A stretch of 63,888 bases of DNA, counting the filler, from an uncultured bacterium (lineage in GTDB: Bacteria > Auribacterota > CAZIXI01), in assembly GCA_964543115.1 (NCBI GenBank). It is 3 parts of 3 records of this genome, joined end to end, with 100 filler letters (N's around TTAATTAATTAA, not from the genome) between each part and the next. Parts side by side here need not be neighbours in the genome. Positions count along the whole stretch, not along the records: positions 53,446 to 63,888 come from CAZIXI010000114.1; 2 more parts are not named here. The stretch is one strand, 5' to 3'. Of this stretch, positions 60,701 to 63,888 are shown piece after piece; position 1 is the first letter of the stretch; the number at the start of each line of letters is the position of its first letter. The translations under genes and the position numbers were made by a program. The notes beneath the pieces were generated by a model. The model had not been told where the DNA came from. It was given only the letters and a program-made list of their open reading frames with translations, and ran no database searches.

Positions 60701-61003
60701 GGAAGAGAACTTATTTTAGCAGCACTGGCTGGAACCGATGATCAGTATATCCAATCAGAGGGTCAGGATGCTAGCGCTTTAAGAGCAGATAGAGCTGTTC
60801 AAGCGATGGTTCAAAGCCTTTATCAGTCTTCAGATCCTGCACAGTTAAATTTGGCTGATCAAGCTCAGTTGGAGGCAGTAATTTCTGCTATATTTACCGA
60901 TTACACGAGTGAGTTGTTGAGGCTCATTAGTTCTATTCCGATTACAGTATTTGACCTCAATGCCTACAGCATCATGCGGATGATGACCAGTGTAGCGGCC
61001 TAA
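57773..61003 (+). CDS. Large exported protein with the DAHC-type N-terminal domain and an acidic Ala/Val-rich C-terminal half
   Basis: AGGAGG SD, signal peptide, IQDAHCNYSAQKNI...LEGA, VSGGFH, GHEVDH. Confidence 0.85.
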   Translation: MSKSMWKRAISVVTVVLFVVSSFLPVSAVQAAPTKTEPVVDVGSINVPSHLGSIASVHDVPGAEKTVIHIQDAHCNYSAQKNIQAILENVSTNNNVRLVGLEGAEKWVSTAVINAVPDKQKREEFIDALLNKAVISGGVAFAGNQDEFNSLLYGIENNDLYLTNLKAYTKLVSGRKEALGQISNVEDGLNALKAHMLNEKLLTLINKKDEYAKREISFSQYLADLAAIAKENGIALTGSPNIKVAVESVSMEDGIDFAKVNEERTELINDLSKTLVKEDLQNLVTASLQFRTGKIGSLAYYSYLETVVPKDRKCDDLRNYIQYVKLNAQLDSAKLSDERRVLEAKLVKALTKSEDETKLLALIESVDLVEKLVSIKLIRKEYNELLSRNVSLQNVLAFLYENSKKYSTGFTWNGQPAVWENAYKAGVDFYGAALKREDAFINNLVAQMDKEDLNVAALVSGGFHTSKIKELLAARDISYVVVRPRVTERTPKGLYSEVMATGISYVLGAHTTAAPQEVDAQGDAVDETAQEVLDTTPGAVKKGAEEGQEAVEDDATTDEVADTEDDSKDEFQWSLYAKVTAENAAVQAQAEALYQALTQAAGAEVIRLDADPGIMYFNLVNGQLEVSNAALNLLAALVVNGNLTDAQAQAVLNVLVLGHEVDHRDGERAADAIAEEIRVCTGDIERINALSDDADERALILGVLIQVARGQIDLSAQGVAYQADAEYADYLDAIAKGQTPANIEQLVRERARRLTVESVDSLPAVEGAVTVLGAEFGEGRRVAANGQTVADTVTRLPRQVTDQALANGVSSVVAAEGISGQAVAAAVQGEDAGVRADRVRVAGEAGERLVLNASGDARVEAAREAALLDNGLTQRVAQSKNQARLAVRLSDVPVEEEARQFFIAQLQNIIALANVSVQFVNDSYEALAENDVDEDLREHHTVAEAEEGAWTVRLARSDVTVGAQDNASTMFIGELSGRELILAALAGTDDQYIQSEGQDASALRADRAVQAMVQSLYQSSDPAQLNLADQAQLEAVISAIFTDYTSELLRLISSIPITVFDLNAYSIMRMMTSVAA

Positions 61004-61030
61004 TTGCTCTACGGTCAGAAAAAGGAACAC

Positions 61031-61067
61031 AAAACGGCGGTATTTTTTAATACCGTCGTTTTTTTTT
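61031..61067 (+). terminator. Intrinsic terminator
   Basis: AAAACGGCGGTA...TACCGTCGTTTT plus T tract. Confidence 0.8.
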
Positions 61068-61158
61068 CTGTGCTATAATAATGATAATTAGAGTTCCGCA
61101 AAATAGCTTTTATGTCCCTTTTTATCAATTATATATTTTTGAAGGGACTGCTAAAGAC

Positions 61159-61243
61159 TGTCATACCGCGGCTTGACCGCGGTATCCAGAATTCATTACA
61201 TTACAAATACTTTTGGATCCCGCGGTCAAGCCGCGGGATGACA
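61159..61243. repeat. Palindromic REP/RPE-like element
   Basis: TGTCATACCGCGGCTTGACCGCGGTATCCA ... TGGATCCCGCGGTCAAGCCGCGGGATGACA. Confidence 0.75.
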
Positions 61244-61303
61244 CTTGAACTTTTTTATCTATTTTGCAGAAGTTTTTAACTTAAACTTAAACGGAGGTGT
61301 TCT

Positions 61304-61534
61304 ATGGCGAAGGCTTTTTTGAAAATTAATGTGCGGCCGGGTAAAGAACGGCCGGTAAAAGAAGAGTTGTTAAAGATAACTGGCGTTAGTTCCGTTGATC
61401 TTACGGCCGGGGAGCAGGATATAATTGCTGCCGTGGAGGCCTCATCCTATGATGATATCCTCAATATGGTTATCAACAGCCTGCGCCATATCGACGGGAT
61501 CGAGAAGACGGTAACCAATTTAGTGACGGAATAG
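61304..61534 (+). CDS. Lrp/AsnC ligand-binding domain protein
   Basis: AFLKINV.PG, GEQDII..VE, IDGIEKTVT. Confidence 0.8.
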   Translation: MAKAFLKINVRPGKERPVKEELLKITGVSSVDLTAGEQDIIAAVEASSYDDILNMVINSLRHIDGIEKTVTNLVTE

Positions 61535-61569
61535 TTCCTACCGGTAGCAAATAGAAATATATTTTTTTT

Positions 61570-61755
61570 ATGAAAGCTAAATGGTGGTTTATCTTAGTGT
61601 TGTTGTTTCTGCTGGTGGTGATTGTCATCCAGAATTCCGCGGTGATGACCATCAGCCTGCTGTTCTGGACGATTAGCGCCAATCAGGTTATTTTAATCTT
61701 TATTACACTGGTGATCGGAATCTTGATTGGGCTTCTTTTAGGCAAGAAACATTAA
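61570..61755 (+). CDS. LapA-domain small membrane protein
   Basis: IVIQNS..MTISLLFW plus a second TM helix. Confidence 0.75.
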   Translation: MKAKWWFILVLLFLLVVIVIQNSAVMTISLLFWTISANQVILIFITLVIGILIGLLLGKKH

Positions 61756-62036
61756 TCCGGGCAGGAGCAGGGAGTGGCCTTGCATTTAGGGCAGCCCTGT
61801 GTGTATCTCTGGATTGTTTTTGTTAAGTCTATGTCTAATATATTGGCAATAGAAACCAGCCAGGCCAGTACATCCCCTATTTCGTATTCCTGAGCCTTTT
61901 TGTCTTCTTTACGGATATCCCGGGCCAGTTCCCCGACTTCTTCCATAAACCAGCTGAAGCTCTTGGCCGTTCCCCGTTGGCTGTCCTTGGCGTAGTAGAT
62001 ATCCTTAATTATTTTCTGAAATTTCGCGATGTCCAT
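61752..62036 (-). CDS. MazG-like nucleotide pyrophosphohydrolase
   Basis: WFMEEVGELA...EIGDVLAWL.SIAN, C-terminal CPKC. Confidence 0.85.
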   Translation of the reverse strand: MDIAKFQKIIKDIYYAKDSQRGTAKSFSWFMEEVGELARDIRKEDKKAQEYEIGDVLAWLVSIANILDIDLTKTIQRYTQGCPKCKATPCSCPD

Positions 62037-62090
62037 AAGATAACTCGCTTCGCTTGTGAGTTTTAAGCTATAAAAACAAATAACTTCCTT

Positions 62091-62185
62091 AACGCAGAGG
62101 GCGCAAAGTACGCAGAGTTTCGCAGAGTTTTTTTTAAAATAAAATTACATTATTTTTTCTTTGCGACCTCTGCGTGCTCTGCGTT
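62091..62185. repeat. Palindromic CGCAGAG-type intergenic element
   Basis: AACGCAGAGGGCGCAAAG ... CTTTGCGACCTCTGCGTGCTCTGCGTT. Confidence 0.7.
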
Positions 62186-62234
62186 TATAATATATTATCT
62201 TTAACAACTTTGATTTTCCAAAATTTCAAGGTAA

Positions 62235-62320
62235 TGCCGAAGGGGAGAGTCGAACTCCCATGGGCTCGAAGCCCACTACGCCCTGAACGTAGCGCGTCTT
62301 GCCAATTCCGCCACTCCGGC
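62235..62320 (-). tRNA. tRNA-Leu(CAG), CCA not encoded
   Basis: GCCGGAGTGGCGGAATTGGCAAGACGCG, CTACG-TTCAGGG-CGTAG anticodon arm, long variable arm, GTTCGACTC. Confidence 0.95.
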
Positions 62321-62434
62321 AGTATTATTAAGCGTATATTTTATTCCAATAGCCCAATGGAGTCAAGGTAAGATATGGGTTGAATTGTAGTATTATATTA
62401 TTATAGAATCTATATTTAATAATAAGGGGTATTT

Positions 62435-62758
62435 ATGGAAGAAAAGAAGTTTTTTATCTGTCCGGCCTGTAAAGAACGGTCTTTTGTTAAGCTTAAGAAG
62501 GAATTTGATGGGTTCAAGGTTATTGGTAAGAAGAAGACCTGTGCGCTCTGTGGGTATGAGTTCAAGGCTGAGGAAGAGATTAATTATCTGGTAGAGAAAC
62601 CGTTATTTGCTAATGACGGCGGGCCGCAGAACTTTTGCCGGGACTGCCAGTCTTATGTCCAGCATCCCTGGACGCAGAAATGTACCAGGCACGACAAGGA
62701 AGTGACTGCGCTGGATAGTTGTGAACAGTTTGAGCAGAAAATCATCGATGAAGAATAA
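62435..62758 (+). CDS. Cys-rich zinc-ribbon hypothetical protein
   Basis: CPAC...CALC and CRDC...C...C clusters. Confidence 0.65.
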   Translation: MEEKKFFICPACKERSFVKLKKEFDGFKVIGKKKTCALCGYEFKAEEEINYLVEKPLFANDGGPQNFCRDCQSYVQHPWTQKCTRHDKEVTALDSCEQFEQKIIDEE

Positions 62759-62856
62759 AATACTCCGGAGCAAGCTACGGAGTATTTTATTGTGAGAGGA
62801 ATTTTATGCGTTCTCATCCCCGCACGAGCTGGCTCGAGCTGCGGGGATGAGAACGC
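62754..62856. repeat. Two hairpins: AATAAAATACTCCG...CGGAGTATTTTATT (62754-62791) and GCGTTCTCATCCCCGCA...TGCGGGGATGAGAACGC (62808-62856)
   Basis: Long perfect inverted repeats. Confidence 0.7.
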
Positions 62857-62867
62857 CGCTATAAATT

Positions 62868-63470
62868 ATGAATATAAGTACTTTAATCGCAGTTATTTTA
62901 AGCTATTTATTAGGATCTGTGCCGGTTGGCTATCTGCTTGTCAGGATATTGCACGGCAAAGATATACGTGAGTGCGGGAGCGGCAATATCGGAGCCACTA
63001 ATGTGGCCCGGGTGGTTGGTAAAAAATTAGGGATTATTACGTTATTTTTGGATATCCTTAAAGGTTTAGCTGCGGTAATGGTGATTTCCTTAATTGCCGG
63101 CGATGTTGTTATTGTCAGATTGCTCTGTGCCTTAGCTGTGATTGCCGGGCATAATTGGCCGGTGTTTTTAAAGTTTCGCGGAGGTAAAGGAGTGGCCACT
63201 ACCGCCGGCGCGCTTATCGGTCTGGCTCCGTTGGTGTTTATTTCGGCGGTTTGTGTCTGGGCAGTGGTGTTTACGATCTGGAAATATGTTTCTTTGGCTT
63301 CGATTATTGCGGCTGTCTCTTTGCCTTTGTTTATGTTCATTTATCGGCAGCCGGCAAGTTACCAGATTATGGGAGTTATAGTGGCGGTGATCGGTATCTG
63401 GCGGCATCGGAGTAATATTAGCCGCTTATCTGCCGGTAAAGAAAATAAGTTTCATTGGAGAAACAAATGA
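62868..63470 (+). CDS. plsY: Glycerol-3-phosphate acyltransferase
   Basis: SYLLGSVP, GSGNIGATN, DILKG, GHNWP...FRGGKGVAT, HRSNI.RL. Confidence 0.96.
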   Translation: MNISTLIAVILSYLLGSVPVGYLLVRILHGKDIRECGSGNIGATNVARVVGKKLGIITLFLDILKGLAAVMVISLIAGDVVIVRLLCALAVIAGHNWPVFLKFRGGKGVATTAGALIGLAPLVFISAVCVWAVVFTIWKYVSLASIIAAVSLPLFMFIYRQPASYQIMGVIVAVIGIWRHRSNISRLSAGKENKFHWRNK

Positions 63471-63888
63471 AAAAAATTGCTGTTCTGGGTGATGGCGGCT
63501 GGGGTACGGCCCTGGCAATTCTCTTACAGCGGCAGGGGCACCAGGTTTATCTCTGGAGTGCTTTCACCGATTATGCCCGTCAATTACGGGAAAAAAGGGA
63601 AAACCCCAAGTTTCTTCCGGGAATCAGTATTCCGGCGGAGATTGAAATCGGGGCAGATTTGGCGGCGGCGGTTAAAGAGGCGGAGGTTATTGTTTTGGCG
63701 ATTCCTTCCCAGTATATGCGCGGTGTTTGTCAGCGGATAAAGCAGGTAACGTACCGGCAGGCGAAATGTTTTTTGAGTGTGGCTAAAGGTATTGAGATAG
63801 ATTCCCACAAGCGAATGAGTCAGTTGATTGGGGAAGAGATCCCGGAAGTGCCGGTCGCGGTGTTGTCCGGGCCCAGTCATGCCGAGGA
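63467..63888 (+). CDS. gpsA: NAD(P)H-dependent glycerol-3-phosphate dehydrogenase (3'-truncated; absent from the ORF track)
   Basis: MKKIAVLGDGGWGTALA, ENPKFLPG, SVAKGIE, LSGPSHAE. ATGA overlap with plsY. Confidence 0.93.
   Translation, partial: MKKIAVLGDGGWGTALAILLQRQGHQVYLWSAFTDYARQLREKRENPKFLPGISIPAEIEIGADLAAAVKEAEVIVLAIPSQYMRGVCQRIKQVTYRQAKCFLSVAKGIEIDSHKRMSQLIGEEIPEVPVAVLSGPSHAE

Noticed and set aside
63477..63880. Track ORFs 63477-63740 (+) and 63584-63880 (-)
   Set aside because: Wrong-frame shadows of gpsA, which starts at 63467 and runs off the window.

Overview
The window is not one continuous locus. It is three sequences joined by artificial 100-nt linkers (N44-TTAATTAATTAA-N44 at 26831-26930 and 53346-53445). 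(1) 1-26830 is the head-to-tail morphogenesis operon of a long-tailed (siphovirus-like) dsDNA phage, running from terminase to a truncated tail fibre, all on the + strand. Its head-morphogenesis gene carries an intein. The central ~270 codons of that intein are the in-register antisense of a complete zinc-finger/DUF559 endonuclease gene on the minus strand, which has its own promoter-like element. The operon also has two in-frame TAA codons, a sulfotransferase/GT2 pair inside the tail module, and signal-peptide-like N-termini. (2) 26931-53345 and (3) 53446-63888 are bacterial. They carry housekeeping genes (GMP synthase ATPPase subunit, AddAB-like pair, hisDBHAF, tRNA-Leu, plsY, gpsA) and four very large modular proteins, three with visible signal peptides (the fourth is 5'-truncated). 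Two of these share a ~450-aa N-terminal domain, and all four end in a short Ala-rich tail. That architecture suggests a Candidatus Omnitrophota-like host, which is an inference. Nothing here links the phage contig physically to the bacterial contigs. All assignments come from motif recognition by eye; no searches were run.
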